64,000 bases of DNA, taken from the NCBI GenBank assembly GCA_963704165.1, contig CAVPHD010000006.1, forward strand, positions 64,001 to 128,000. The letters run 5' to 3'. Both the position numbers and the translations under genes were made by a program. This DNA is from an uncultured delta proteobacterium (GTDB lineage Bacteria; Myxococcota_A; UBA9160; SZUA-336). Positions 46,920-57,268 of the stretch are shown in pieces; position 1 is the stretch's first letter; the number at the start of each line of letters is the position of its first letter. The notes beneath the pieces are model-generated. The model made no database searches. It saw only the letters and a program-made list of their open reading frames with translations, and was not told the origin of the DNA.

Positions 46920-48788
46920 ATGCAGGCACCCGTCGGTCTACCCAGCGGATCCGTGATCGCGGATCGCTACGAGATCGGAAGCGAGCTCGGTCGCGGCGAG
47001 CGCTCGATCGTCTACGCCGCGACGGATCGGACGAGCGGCACGCAGGTCGCGGTCAAGCTGGTGATGCTCGCGCCAGCCACCGCACACTTCGCCCGCGAGC
47101 GTCTGCGACGCGAAGCCGAGCTCGTGCGCGCGCTCTCGCACCCCGGAATCGTGCGCCCGATCGAGATCCTCGATCACGGCACCTGGAGCCTGATCGCGAT
47201 GGAGAGGGTCACGGGTCGCTCGCTCGCGGCCGCGGTCCGGGAGGACGGCCCGCTGCATCCGGATGCCGTCGCGCGTCTGGGCACGGAGCTCGCGGCTGCG
47301 CTCTCCGCCGTGCATCGCTGCGGCGTGGTGCACCGGGACGTGAAGCCCGAGAACATCCTTCTCGACGAAGGCGGCCGTGCGCGCCTGTCCGATTTCGGCT
47401 GTGCCCACCTCGAACGGCAGGCCCTGCTCCTGCAGCCCGAAGATCCCGTGCGCGCGGTGGGATTCCTCCCGCCGGAAGTGATCGAGGGCCAGATGGCCGA
47501 CCCACGCAGCGATGTGTACGCGCTGGGCATGACGCTCTTCTTCGCGCTCGTCGGCTACGTGCCGAAGGGCTCGGAGCCGCAGCTTCCTCCCGACCCGCGG
47601 CCCAACGGGCACCATCCTCGCGAGAAGCGGCCGGACCTGCCGGAGTGGCTCGACGAGATCGTCGCTCGCGCGACCTGCGCCGAGTCCAGCCACCGGCTCG
47701 AGACCGCCTCACGCCTGGCCCGCGCCCTCGCGGAGCGCTCGCTCGAGAGCCGATCCGACGAAACCCAGTCCAGCCAGGCGCTGCGGGTCTGCGTGCTGTG
47801 CCGGCGACCGGGAACGCTCGGACGCGCGGTCTGCCCGCACTGCGAGGACGTCGATGGTGGCAAGCCCGACACGCTCCTGCTCGTCGTGCCGGCGCGCGGA
47901 CGCGAGGGCCGCGCGAATCAGCTGCGGCTGCTCTCGGAGCTGACCAGCATTCCGACCGAAATCCACGCACTGCGCAGCGCGGCACGCGCGCAGCGCGCGC
48001 TGGTGCGGGTGTCGTCGTCGCACGCGGACGTGCTCGTGCGGCGGCTTCGCACCCGCGGGATCGAGTCGCGCGCTCTGCCGCTGGACCGAGCCTGGTCGGC
48101 CCTGCCCCAGTGGAGCCTCTGGCTCGCGCTCGCGACGCTCGGCGCCGGAGCGGCTGCGGGCGCCGCGGGCTTCGTGCCGTTGCTCGGCACCAGCCTGATC
48201 CCGGCATCGGTGGCGCTGTACTCCGGATGGACCTGGATCCAGCGCGAATCGCTGATCGGCGACGGAACCGACGTTCCGCCTCCGGGGGCGCTGGTTCGCG
48301 CGGTCTCCGCGGCGATGCCGCTGCTTCAGGCGGGACAGGCGCGCAAGCTACTGGTCGAGATCCTGCGCCTCGGTCGCGACCTCTGGCTCCGCCTCTGTGC
48401 CGGTGAAGCTTCCGATGGCGCGCGTTCGGAGCTGATCGCGGCGCTCCTGTGTGCCTGCGAATCCGCGACGGAGCTCGCGCGCGAAGACGGCATGCTCGAT
48501 GCGCTTCAGCTCCACGGCGAGCACCGAAACGAGCCGCCGCCCGGACTGATCGAGAGCCGCTCGCTCTACCAGAGCGCGCGCAGTCGGCTGGTACAGGCCA
48601 TTCTGGAGTTCGCGGCTTCGCTCTCGCGCCTTCGCGCCCAGGATCTGGTCGAGCCCGAGGACGAGCGCCGTGCGATTCACGCGATCTGTTTCGAGCTTCG
48701 CGAAGAGCTCGAATCGGTGGTCAAGCTGGCGGACGAGGCGAGCCAGCACTTCCCGGGACGCTCGCGACAGGGCGCGCGGCCGAGCTGA
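46920..48788 (+). CDS. Hanks-type Ser/Thr protein kinase with C-terminal CxxC/CxxC ribbon, TM segments and helical tail
   Basis: VAVK, HRDVKPENI, DFG, PPE, SDVYALG; CVLC...CPHC. Confidence 0.9.
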   Translation: MQAPVGLPSGSVIADRYEIGSELGRGERSIVYAATDRTSGTQVAVKLVMLAPATAHFARERLRREAELVRALSHPGIVRPIEILDHGTWSLIAMERVTGRSLAAAVREDGPLHPDAVARLGTELAAALSAVHRCGVVHRDVKPENILLDEGGRARLSDFGCAHLERQALLLQPEDPVRAVGFLPPEVIEGQMADPRSDVYALGMTLFFALVGYVPKGSEPQLPPDPRPNGHHPREKRPDLPEWLDEIVARATCAESSHRLETASRLARALAERSLESRSDETQSSQALRVCVLCRRPGTLGRAVCPHCEDVDGGKPDTLLLVVPARGREGRANQLRLLSELTSIPTEIHALRSAARAQRALVRVSSSHADVLVRRLRTRGIESRALPLDRAWSALPQWSLWLALATLGAGAAAGAAGFVPLLGTSLIPASVALYSGWTWIQRESLIGDGTDVPPPGALVRAVSAAMPLLQAGQARKLLVEILRLGRDLWLRLCAGEASDGARSELIAALLCACESATELAREDGMLDALQLHGEHRNEPPPGLIESRSLYQSARSRLVQAILEFAASLSRLRAQDLVEPEDERRAIHAICFELREELESVVKLADEASQHFPGRSRQGARPS

Positions 48789-48796
48789 AACGCAAG

Positions 48797-48825
48797 GCGC
48801 CGGCCCTCTTTGCGAGAGCCGGCGC
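48797..48825 (-). terminator. Hairpin terminator between convergent genes
   Basis: Minus strand GCGCCGGCTCTC-GCAAA-GAGGGCCGGCGC followed by CTTGCGTTT. Confidence 0.65.
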
Positions 48826-48847
48826 ACCACGTCCAACCTCGAGTCGC

Positions 48848-49063
48848 TCAGGCGTTCGACGTCGCCTGCGTCTGAAGCTGAGGGCCGTTCGGACCCTCGA
48901 CGATCGTCACGCCCGGAAGATCGTTCGCCGGAATGCGCCACTGCTTGCCGATCCGCACCGCGCCGATCTGGCCGGACTCGATCAGCCGGTAGACCGTGCG
49001 CGCCGAGATGCGCAGGAAGTTGGCCGCCTCGCGAACCGTGATCAAATTCTCCGCCATTCCCAT
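48848..49063 (-). CDS. Small excisionase-family (HTH_17) DNA-binding protein
   Basis: LITVREAANFLRIS.RTVYRLI..G.I.A.RIG.QWRI; strong AGGAGG SD. Confidence 0.9.
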   Translation of the reverse strand: MGMAENLITVREAANFLRISARTVYRLIESGQIGAVRIGKQWRIPANDLPGVTIVEGPNGPQLQTQATSNA

Positions 49064-49156
49064 GATCCCCCCTCCTAATGGCCCCTTGGGCCCTGTTCAT
49101 GCTTCGCGGGTCGTTTCGCCAGCACCACCGTCCAGTCCCGGCCAACCCCGCCCCAG

Positions 49157-49807
49157 ATGACTTCGTTTCGACACGGCCGCCAACTCCTTGAGGGAAATCT
49201 TTGCGAGGTCCGGTCGCGGCTGGCATCTACAGGCCACGTGAATCGCGAATACTTCACGAGCTATTGCGGACGTGCCCCGTATGAGCAGATCTGGCTCGAG
49301 CACAGCGGCGCGGAGAACTGCGTAGCCACGTTGCGCCGCATGCGCGCTCCGGTCGGCTCGCTGCTCGTGCTCGGAGCGGCGACGGGGCAGGTTCTCACCC
49401 ACCTCGAGCGCGCGTTCGGAGTTCGCGCGCACGGCTGCGAAATCAGCGCCTGGGCGCACGCGCGCATTCCCCTGCGACAGCGCCGCCGGATCGAGCGCTC
49501 CGACCTTCGTCACTACCTGCCGCGGCTCGCGCGACGTCGGCGCCGGTTCGACCTGATCTTCTGCAATGCGCTCGTCTACCTGACCCCGCGCGATCTGCCG
49601 GACGTGCTCCGGGCCGCGAGCAGGGTCGGCGATTTCTTCCACTTCTACAGCAGCACCAGCGAGGACCACGAGCCCGGAGACCGCCATCGCGCGACGCTCC
49701 GGCCGCGCGCCTGGTGGCGCGAGAAGTTCGTCGCTGCGGGCTGGAAGCCCACCCGCAGCCGCTACCTGTGGCGCAGCGTGCAACCGGAAAGGGAATCGCT
49801 TCGGTGA
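49157..49807 (+). CDS. Class I SAM-dependent methyltransferase-like protein
   Basis: LLVLGAATG (motif I-like), GCEISAWA, FDLIFCNALVYL. Confidence 0.7.
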   Translation: MTSFRHGRQLLEGNLCEVRSRLASTGHVNREYFTSYCGRAPYEQIWLEHSGAENCVATLRRMRAPVGSLLVLGAATGQVLTHLERAFGVRAHGCEISAWAHARIPLRQRRRIERSDLRHYLPRLARRRRRFDLIFCNALVYLTPRDLPDVLRAASRVGDFFHFYSSTSEDHEPGDRHRATLRPRAWWREKFVAAGWKPTRSRYLWRSVQPERESLR

Positions 49808-50532
49808 CGGAAGCGCGCCCGGACGCACGCGGCCGAACGCTTCGCCGGTGGGCGATCGCGGCCGCGGTGCTCGCCGCCGTGGCGATCGGCACGAGCACCG
49901 GGGTCGGAAACACGGTGACGACGGGCGTGCAGTCGTTCCTCGGCTGGGTACCGACGCTCGGGCCGTGGGGACCGGTCGCGTTCATGGCCGGCTACGTGCT
50001 CGCGACCGTCGCGTTCGTACCCGGGTCGGTGCTCACGCTCGCGGCGGGAGCGATCTTCGGCCTGGCTTCGGGAACGCTCTACGTCTTCGTGGCCGCGAGC
50101 CTCGGCGCCTGCGCGGCCTTCGCGCTCGCGCGAACCGTCGCACGCGGCGCGATCGAAAGACGACTCGAAGGCAATGCACGCTTCATCGCGATCGATCGCG
50201 CGATCGCGGCCGAGGGTCGGAAGATCGTCTTCCTGCTTCGGCTGTCCCCGATCTTCCCGTTCAGCCTGCTGAACTACGCGCTCGGGCTCACGCGCGTGCG
50301 CTTCCGCGACTACGCGCTCGCGTGTCTCGGCATGCTGCCGGGGACCCTCCTCTACGTGTACCTGGGCGCTCTCGCCGGAGATGCCGCGGGCCGTGGGGGC
50401 GGCGAGCCGACCCTGCTGGAGTGGACCTTCAAGGCGCTCGGGCTCGTCGTGACGCTCGTCGTCACGTTCGTCATCACGCGCACGGCGCGGCTCGCGCTGC
50501 GCGAAGTCACGGACGAGACGCCCGACGACTGA
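49804..50532 (+). CDS. TVP38/TMEM64 (DedA superfamily) membrane protein
   Basis: PGSVLTLAAGAIFG, LLRLSPIFPF..LNY.LG.T, GMLPGT..YVY.G. Confidence 0.92.
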   Translation: MTEARPDARGRTLRRWAIAAAVLAAVAIGTSTGVGNTVTTGVQSFLGWVPTLGPWGPVAFMAGYVLATVAFVPGSVLTLAAGAIFGLASGTLYVFVAASLGACAAFALARTVARGAIERRLEGNARFIAIDRAIAAEGRKIVFLLRLSPIFPFSLLNYALGLTRVRFRDYALACLGMLPGTLLYVYLGALAGDAAGRGGGEPTLLEWTFKALGLVVTLVVTFVITRTARLALREVTDETPDD

Positions 50533-50677
50533 GGAAATCCGCGCCACATCCCGGGAAGAACCTCATCCGCTTCTGCGCGATACTTGCACGTCTGCGCACT
50601 GGCGACGTCCGGGCGAGGCTTTCGCGACGGGCGCGCGCCTTGCAGATCCCACTCGACCGACCTTCTCGGGAGATGCC

Positions 50678-50989
50678 ATGAACGGGCCCACCCCCCGCCA
50701 ACAAGCTGGCTATCTGCGGCGTCTCCTGCGCCGCGGCGAGGTCGTCGTGCGCGACCTCCGAACCGGGCGCGCGCTGCCCGTCATCGTCGAGCTGCACGGC
50801 GAGGTGATCCAGCTCGTGCCGATCGCCGAGGCCTCGGACACGGACAGCGCCTCGCCCCAGGACACCCTGCGCTGGGCGGGAGTCCTCTCCCGGCTGCGGC
50901 GCGCGCTCGCACTCGAGGACGCCGAGGATCTCGCGGACGCCGTCGAAGCCGAAGCCAGCCGCAAGTCGCCCGACGACGCCGACGCCTGA
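50678..50989 (+). CDS. Hypothetical protein (103 aa)
   Basis: GGGAG SD, genome-like codon usage, fills the gap; no recognisable family. Confidence 0.65.
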   Translation: MNGPTPRQQAGYLRRLLRRGEVVVRDLRTGRALPVIVELHGEVIQLVPIAEASDTDSASPQDTLRWAGVLSRLRRALALEDAEDLADAVEAEASRKSPDDADA

Positions 50990-51001
50990 ATCCCGGGCCT
51001 T

Positions 51002-52021
51002 TCAGGGCTCCAGGATCACCTTGCACTGCGTCGTCGGCTTCTTCAGCGCTTCGAACGCGCTCGGAAACGCCGACAGGTCGACCACGTCCGTCACCATCTC
51101 GCGTCCGGGAATCCGCTCGCGATCGAGCATCTCGATCGTGAACTCGAAGTCCTGCCGTCGGTACGCGACGACGAAGCGGAGCTCGATCTCCTTCACGATC
51201 GCCATCACCGGAAAGATCGTGTCGGGCTGCATGCAGACCCCGACGACGACCACGCGACCGCGTGGCCGGATCATGCCGAGACACTGCTGAAGAAGTCCCG
51301 GCGCGCCGACACACTCGAAGATCACGTCGGGCGGCCCGCCGGCCTCTCGCGTGAAGGCGCTGACCGGGTCCTCCTTCGAGACGTCCGTCACCGATGTCGC
51401 CCCGAACTTCTCCGCGAGCGCGATCCGCCCGGGCGCGCGTTCGTTCACGATCACGCAGCGCGCTCCGAAGAAACGCGCCCAGGCCGTGACGGCGAGACCG
51501 ATCGGACCGGCGCCGATCACCATCACGCGCTCACCCGGCTCGAGCTTCGCGACGTGGAGCGCGTGCAGTCCGACCGAGAGCGGCTCGACCAGCGCACCCT
51601 CGCGATAGCTCACGCCGTCGGGAAGTCGCAGCGACTCCGCGGCGCCCGCGAGCACGTACTCCGCGTATGCGCCGGGCACCTGGCCGAGGCCCGTACCTCG
51701 CAGCGTCGGACACAGAATCACGTCACCCGTGAGACACGCGCGGCACTTCCCGCAGCCGATCGCGGGCAGAGCGCAGATGCGATCCCCCGGCTTCCAGATC
51801 GCGCTGGCGTCGGCGCCGACCGCGACGACCTCGCCGGCGAACTCGTGCCCCATCACCGTTCCCGGTGGCAGCCCCGGTGGAAGATCCGCGGCGTGCAGGT
51901 CCGAGCCGCAGATCCCGCAGCTCTTCACGCGAAGCACGAGCTCACCCGGCCCCGGCTTCGGGTCCGGGCGCTCCTCGATCGTCAGTGCCTGACCCAGACC
52001 ATGGAAGATCGCGGCCTTCAT
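51002..52021 (-). CDS. Zinc-binding alcohol dehydrogenase (MDR family)
   Basis: CGICGSDLH, GHEFAG, CGKCRAC...C, EPLSVG.H, GAGPIG. Confidence 0.95.
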   Translation of the reverse strand: MKAAIFHGLGQALTIEERPDPKPGPGELVLRVKSCGICGSDLHAADLPPGLPPGTVMGHEFAGEVVAVGADASAIWKPGDRICALPAIGCGKCRACLTGDVILCPTLRGTGLGQVPGAYAEYVLAGAAESLRLPDGVSYREGALVEPLSVGLHALHVAKLEPGERVMVIGAGPIGLAVTAWARFFGARCVIVNERAPGRIALAEKFGATSVTDVSKEDPVSAFTREAGGPPDVIFECVGAPGLLQQCLGMIRPRGRVVVVGVCMQPDTIFPVMAIVKEIELRFVVAYRRQDFEFTIEMLDRERIPGREMVTDVVDLSAFPSAFEALKKPTTQCKVILEP

Positions 52022-52149
52022 CTCGGTTCCCTTCGGGCCGGATTCTGGAGCATCGATGGACTCGGGTCTACCGATCGAATAGGCTCGCGCGCGGCTCCGA
52101 GACGGGCCGGAAGCTTTGAAGTCGGCTTCGAAGTCCTGAGGCGGGTGCC

Positions 52150-53661
52150 ATGCGTTCCGAGCGGGTGATCGTGGTCGGTGGCTCCGTCGCGGGACTCGCC
52201 GTCGCGGTCGCGCTGATGGCCGATGGCCACGACGTGACGATCCTCGAACGCGACGCGACGCCGATGCCGGCGAGTCACGTCGAGGCGTTCGAGCGCTGGG
52301 ATCGCCGCGGCTCACCGCAGACCCGACACTCGCACGCTTTCCTCGGCCGGCTCACCTGCCTGCTTCGCGATCGCGTCCCCGCGTTGCAGGCGAAGCTGCT
52401 CGAGTGCGGCGCGGAGGAGCTTCGCTTCGACGAGATCGCGCGACGCACGCTGCCCGACGCGGTGATCGAGCCGGGTGACGCCGACATGACGCTGCTCGCG
52501 GTCCGACGCATCACCTTCGAGTGGGTCCTGCGCCGCTACGTGCTCGACTCGGGTCGCGTCACCTTCCGCGACGGGGACGAGGTGGTCGGCCTCGAGGCGG
52601 GACCGGATTCCGCGACGGGTCTGCCGCGCGTCGTCGGCGTGCGAGTCGTCCGCCCCGACGGAGCGCGCGAGATCCTGAACGCCGATCTTGTCGTCGATGC
52701 GAGCGGCCGGCGCTCGCGCCTTCCGGACTGGCTCGAGGCGATCGGCGCGCGACGACCGCCGGAGGAATCCGAGCCGTGCGGGATCTTCTACAGCTCCCGC
52801 TTCTACCGGCTGCACGAGGGCGTCGAGCCGCCGGTCCTGCAGTTCGGCATGGGTCAGGACCTCGGCTACCTGAAGGTCGGCATCTTCCCCGGCGACGCGC
52901 GGATCTTCTCGCTCACGCTCGCCGCCTCGCCCGACGACGACCTGCTCCGTTCGGTTCTACGCGCGCCGGGATTCGAGACCGCCGTGGCCGCGCTGCCGAT
53001 CACGCGCGAGTGGGTCGATCCGTCGGTCTCGGAGCCGATCTCCGAGGTGCACGGGATGGCGAACCTGAAGAACACGCGCCGCTGGCTGGTCGTCGACGGC
53101 GAGCCGCTCGCGCTCGGCGTGACCGCGATCGGCGACGCGCTGATCCACACCAATCCGATCACCGGCCGGGGCTGCAGCCTGGCGTGGGTGAGCGCGTTCC
53201 TGCTCGCCGACGCGCTGCGCAAGGAACCCGAGGACGTTCGGGCACGCGCGCTCGTGCTCGACGCTGCGCTCGAGCGCGAGATCGTGCCCTGGTGGCGCGC
53301 ACAGGTCGCGCAGGACCGCGATGCGATCGAAGTGAGTTCACTTCAGCTTCGCGGCGAGAATCCGTACCGGGTCGAGCGTGACGACGGCTCACAGGACCCG
53401 AAAGCCTTCATGCGTTCGCTCCTTCGCGAGGGGCTCGGTCACGCGATGCGCGAGGACATCACGGTGCTTCGCGCGTTCATGCGCGTCTTCAACCTGCTCG
53501 ATCCGCCCGAGGATCTGATGCGCCGCCCCGAGCTGATGCAGGCGGTGCTACGCGCCTGGAACGATCGGCACGACCGCGCGCCACTCGCGACCGGACCGTC
53601 GCGCGTGGAGATGCTCGCCCTGCTGCGCTCGGTTCGATCCGATCCGGCTGGTTCCTCGTGA
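52150..53661 (+). CDS. FAD-dependent oxidoreductase/monooxygenase
   Basis: VVGGSVAGL, PQTRHSH, VVDASGRRS, IGDA..HTNP..GRG. Confidence 0.88.
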   Translation: MRSERVIVVGGSVAGLAVAVALMADGHDVTILERDATPMPASHVEAFERWDRRGSPQTRHSHAFLGRLTCLLRDRVPALQAKLLECGAEELRFDEIARRTLPDAVIEPGDADMTLLAVRRITFEWVLRRYVLDSGRVTFRDGDEVVGLEAGPDSATGLPRVVGVRVVRPDGAREILNADLVVDASGRRSRLPDWLEAIGARRPPEESEPCGIFYSSRFYRLHEGVEPPVLQFGMGQDLGYLKVGIFPGDARIFSLTLAASPDDDLLRSVLRAPGFETAVAALPITREWVDPSVSEPISEVHGMANLKNTRRWLVVDGEPLALGVTAIGDALIHTNPITGRGCSLAWVSAFLLADALRKEPEDVRARALVLDAALEREIVPWWRAQVAQDRDAIEVSSLQLRGENPYRVERDDGSQDPKAFMRSLLREGLGHAMREDITVLRAFMRVFNLLDPPEDLMRRPELMQAVLRAWNDRHDRAPLATGPSRVEMLALLRSVRSDPAGSS

Positions 53662-54811
53662 CCCTGCCCCCGCCGTCGCTTCGCGCGCGGAGCATCGACC
53701 CGTTTCTCGCGATGGAAGTCATGGAGCGCGCGTTCGAGCTCGAGAGAGGTGGCGCGAGCGTGATCCATCTCGAGATCGGCGAGCCCGAGTTCCCGCCGCC
53801 CCCGGCCGCCGTCGAGGCCGCGCGTCGGGCGCTCGACGGCGAGCCCGCGCGCTACACCGACAGTCGCGGGCTGCTGGAGCTGCGCGAAGCGATCGCGCGC
53901 AGTCACGCGCGGCGCAGCGGGGTCGCGATCTCCGCCGATCGCGTCCTGGTCGCGGCGGGTACGTCCCCCGCGCTTCTGCTCGTCTTCACGTATCTGCTCG
54001 ATCCGGGCGACGAGGTCGTGCTCGGCACGCCGCACTACGCCTGCTATCCGAACCTGATCCGCGCCACCGGGGGCGTGCCCGTCTTCGTGACGACGCGCGC
54101 GGAGGACGGCTACGCGCTGCACGCCGACGACGTGCGCACGCGCGATCACCCCGCGCACGCGCGCGATCGTCGTCGCCTCGCCCGCGAACCCGACCGGCGC
54201 GATCCAGTCCCGCGCCGACCTCGAGGCGCTGTCACGCGCTCGGCATTCCGATCGTCTCCGACGAGATCTACGACGGCCTCGTCTACGACGGCGCGCGCGT
54301 GACCTCGGCGCTCGAGCTCGGCGACGACGTCTTCGTGCTCGACGGCTTCTCGAAGCGCTACGCCATGACGGGATTCCGGCTCGGCTACGCGATCGCGCCG
54401 CAGAGCCGCGCTGCGCGCGCTGCAGAGCCTGTCGCAGAACCTCTTCATCTCGGTCGCGAGCTTCACGCAAGCGCGCGGGCATCGCGGCGCTCGAACACGG
54501 CGACGCGACGACCGCGACCCTGCGCGAGACCTACGGCGCGCGCCGTTCGCCTGATGATCGACGGGCTCACGCGCCTGGGCTTCGAGGTTCCGACCCCTCC
54601 ACGCGGCGCCCTCTACGTCTTCGCCGACGCGCGAAGGTTCGGCACCGACTCACGCGAGCTCGCACTTCGGCTTCTCGAAGCGGCCCACGTCGCGGTCACG
54701 CCCGGCATCGACTTCGGCGCGGCCGGCGAGGGATTCATCCGCTTCTCGTGCACCGCCCCCGAGGCGCAGATCCGGGAGGCGTTCGAGCGCATCGGGGCCG
54801 TGTTGGGCTAG
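53658..54811 (+). CDS. PLP-dependent aminotransferase class I/II (several frameshifts between about 54140 and 54550)
   Basis: HLEIGEP, YTDSRG..ELRE, SPANPTG, SDEIYDG, GFSKRYAMTGFRLG, TPGIDFG spread over different frames. Confidence 0.85.
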
Positions 54812-54830
54812 CTCGCGCCGCCCGCACGCA

Positions 54831-56030
54831 TCAGACCGGAACGAGTTCGACCGGGATCTCCGTGAAGCTGCGAAAGACCAGGCTCCGGTGCAGCGGCAGC
54901 GGTGCCGACGTCGTGAGCTCGAAGCTCTTCGTCCGCTCGAGAAGTGCGCGCAGCGCGATCTGCGCCTCGAGCCGCGCGAGGTTCGAGCCGAGGCAGTAGT
55001 GCGTGCCGAAGCCGAACGCGAGGTGGCGGTTCTCCTTCCGGCCGATGTCGAAGCGCTCGGGCTCGCGGAAGATCGCCGCGTCGCGGTTCGCCGAGCCGAG
55101 CCAGCAGATCGCGATCTCTCCCTCTCGCACGCGCTCGCCGCAGAGATCGACGTCGGCCGTCGCGCGCCGCGGGTCGAGCTGGACCGGCGACGAGAAGCGC
55201 AGCACTTCCTCGACCGCCGATGGAACCAGCGACGGATCGCGACGCAGACGCTCGAGCTCGGCCGGGTGCTCGAGCAGCGTCAGCACCGTGTTCCCGATCA
55301 GCGTCGTCGTCGTTTCGTTTCCCGCGACGAGCAGCAGGATCAGCATCTGCAGGAGCTCGTCGAAGGAGAGCTTCGAGCCCTCGAGCTCCGCCTGCGCGAG
55401 ACCCGTCAGCAGATCCTCGCGCGGCGTCTCGCGCCGTTCCGCGACGAGCCGCGAGAAGTACTCGCCGAGCTCCTCGACGATCGCACGGTTGCGTTCGAGC
55501 ATCGCGCGATCGGGCGGCGTGAGGAGTCCCGCCCCGAGGCTCTCGACCAGCTTGTCCGACCAGTCCTTGAAGCGCGCGTTGTCCTCCGTCGGAACGCCGA
55601 TGATTTCGGCGATGATCGTGACCGGCAGCGGGTAGGTCAGCGCCGAAACGAGATCGACCGAACGGGCCTCGAGCGCGGCATCGACGAGCGACCGTGCGAG
55701 CTCCGTCATGCGCGGTTCGAGGCGCCGGATGATCTTCGGCGTGAAGGCCTGGTTCACCAGTCCGCGCAGTCGGTCGTGCTCGGGCGGATCGGTGCCGAGC
55801 ATGCTCGGAGCGCGGTCCTCGAACTCGGGGAAGCCCGGCGGCGGTGGGAGCTTGTTCGACCAGCGGTCGCTGTCGCGAAGCACGTCGATGGTGTCGCCGT
55901 ATCCGAAGACCGAGACGACCGGAAGCCCGGGGTGACGATGCACGCGTAGCTCGCGTCCGCGAGCGTAGAGCGGAAACGGGTCGCGGCGGGTTTCGTCCTC
56001 GAACGGGTTGAACTCGAAGGGGGTCGGCAT
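54831..56030 (-). CDS. Cytochrome P450
   Basis: DPPEHDRLR, AGNETT, EEVLR, HLAFGFGTHYCLG. Confidence 0.96.
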   Translation of the reverse strand: MPTPFEFNPFEDETRRDPFPLYARGRELRVHRHPGLPVVSVFGYGDTIDVLRDSDRWSNKLPPPPGFPEFEDRAPSMLGTDPPEHDRLRGLVNQAFTPKIIRRLEPRMTELARSLVDAALEARSVDLVSALTYPLPVTIIAEIIGVPTEDNARFKDWSDKLVESLGAGLLTPPDRAMLERNRAIVEELGEYFSRLVAERRETPREDLLTGLAQAELEGSKLSFDELLQMLILLLVAGNETTTTLIGNTVLTLLEHPAELERLRRDPSLVPSAVEEVLRFSSPVQLDPRRATADVDLCGERVREGEIAICWLGSANRDAAIFREPERFDIGRKENRHLAFGFGTHYCLGSNLARLEAQIALRALLERTKSFELTTSAPLPLHRSLVFRSFTEIPVELVPV

Positions 56031-56049
56031 GTCGAGATACTAGCCCGCG

Positions 56050-57261
56050 CTAGCGAGGTTCCGCCCGCGCGACGTGCCCCATCGCGGCGACCGACGCGAC
56101 GATCGCGCGCAGATGCTCGCTGCCGCGCGTCTCGAGCACGAACTCGACCTCGGCCTCGCTCGACGGCGCGCGCGCGAACGCGCGCTCGTGCAGGACCTCG
56201 ACGACGTTCGCGCCCGCGTTCGCGATCGCCGAGGTGACGGCGGCGAGCGCGCCCGGCACGTCGCGAATCCGCACGACCACCCGCGCGAGCCGGTCGGTGC
56301 GCGCAAGTCCCCGCTCGATCACGTGCGCGAGCGCGAGCATGTCGATGTTGCCGCCCGAGATCACGATCCCGACCCGGCGCTTCGCGAAGATCGGCTGGTG
56401 CGCGAGAACCGCGGCGAGCGCGGCGGCGCCCGCGCCTTCGGCCACGGTCTTCTCGATCTCGAGCAGGAGCAGGATCGATGCTTCGATCGCCTCCTCGTCG
56501 ACGAGCAGGATCTCGCGCACGTGCTCGCGGACGATCGGCAGCGTGAGCGCGCCAGGCGCCTTCACCGCGATGCCGCCCGCGATCGTCGCATCCCCGCACT
56601 CGATCGCCTGCCCGGCCAGCGCCTGTTTCATCGACGGAAAGCGCGCGGACTGAACGCCGAAGATCTCGAGCTCGGGCCGGAGCGCGTGGGCGGCGATCGA
56701 GATGCCCGAGATCAACCCGCCGCCACCGACCGGCACGACCAACGCCTCCAAGTTCGGGACCGCACCGATCATCTCGAGCGCGACCGTGCCCTGCCCCGCG
56801 ATCACGTGGGGATCGTCATAGGGATGGACGAAGACGAGGCGTCGCTCGCGTTCGATCTCGTGCGCGATGCGGCGCGCGTCCTCGAGCGTCTCGCCGTCGA
56901 GCACGACCTCGGCTCCGAATCTGCGCGTGTGCTCGACCTTGATGGTCGGCGTGAAGCGCGGCATCACGACCACGGCCCGGATGCCGAGTCTCTGGGCGTG
57001 GTACGCGACGCCCTGGGCGTGGTTTCCCGCCGACATCGCGATCACGCCGGCCTCGCGCTCGCTCGGCGAAAGCGAGCGCAGCTTCGCGAGCGCTCCGCGG
57101 TCCTTGAACGAAGCCGTGAACTGGAGGTTCTCGAACTTCAGGTAGAGCTCGCAGCCCGCGATCTGCGAGAGCGTTCGCGAGTGCAGGCACGGCGTGCGCT
57201 CGACCGCGCCGTGAATCGCCGCCGCCGCTTCGCGAACCTCGCCGATCCCGATCTCGCTCAC
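56050..57261 (-). CDS. ilvA: Threonine ammonia-lyase with C-terminal ACT domain
   Basis: KFENLQ.TASFKDRGA, SAGNHAQG, PVGGGGL, SGGNID, DVPGAL. Confidence 0.92.
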   Translation of the reverse strand: MSEIGIGEVREAAAAIHGAVERTPCLHSRTLSQIAGCELYLKFENLQFTASFKDRGALAKLRSLSPSEREAGVIAMSAGNHAQGVAYHAQRLGIRAVVVMPRFTPTIKVEHTRRFGAEVVLDGETLEDARRIAHEIERERRLVFVHPYDDPHVIAGQGTVALEMIGAVPNLEALVVPVGGGGLISGISIAAHALRPELEIFGVQSARFPSMKQALAGQAIECGDATIAGGIAVKAPGALTLPIVREHVREILLVDEEAIEASILLLLEIEKTVAEGAGAAALAAVLAHQPIFAKRRVGIVISGGNIDMLALAHVIERGLARTDRLARVVVRIRDVPGALAAVTSAIANAGANVVEVLHERAFARAPSSEAEVEFVLETRGSEHLRAIVASVAAMGHVARAEPR

Positions 57262-57268
57262 CCGGCCG

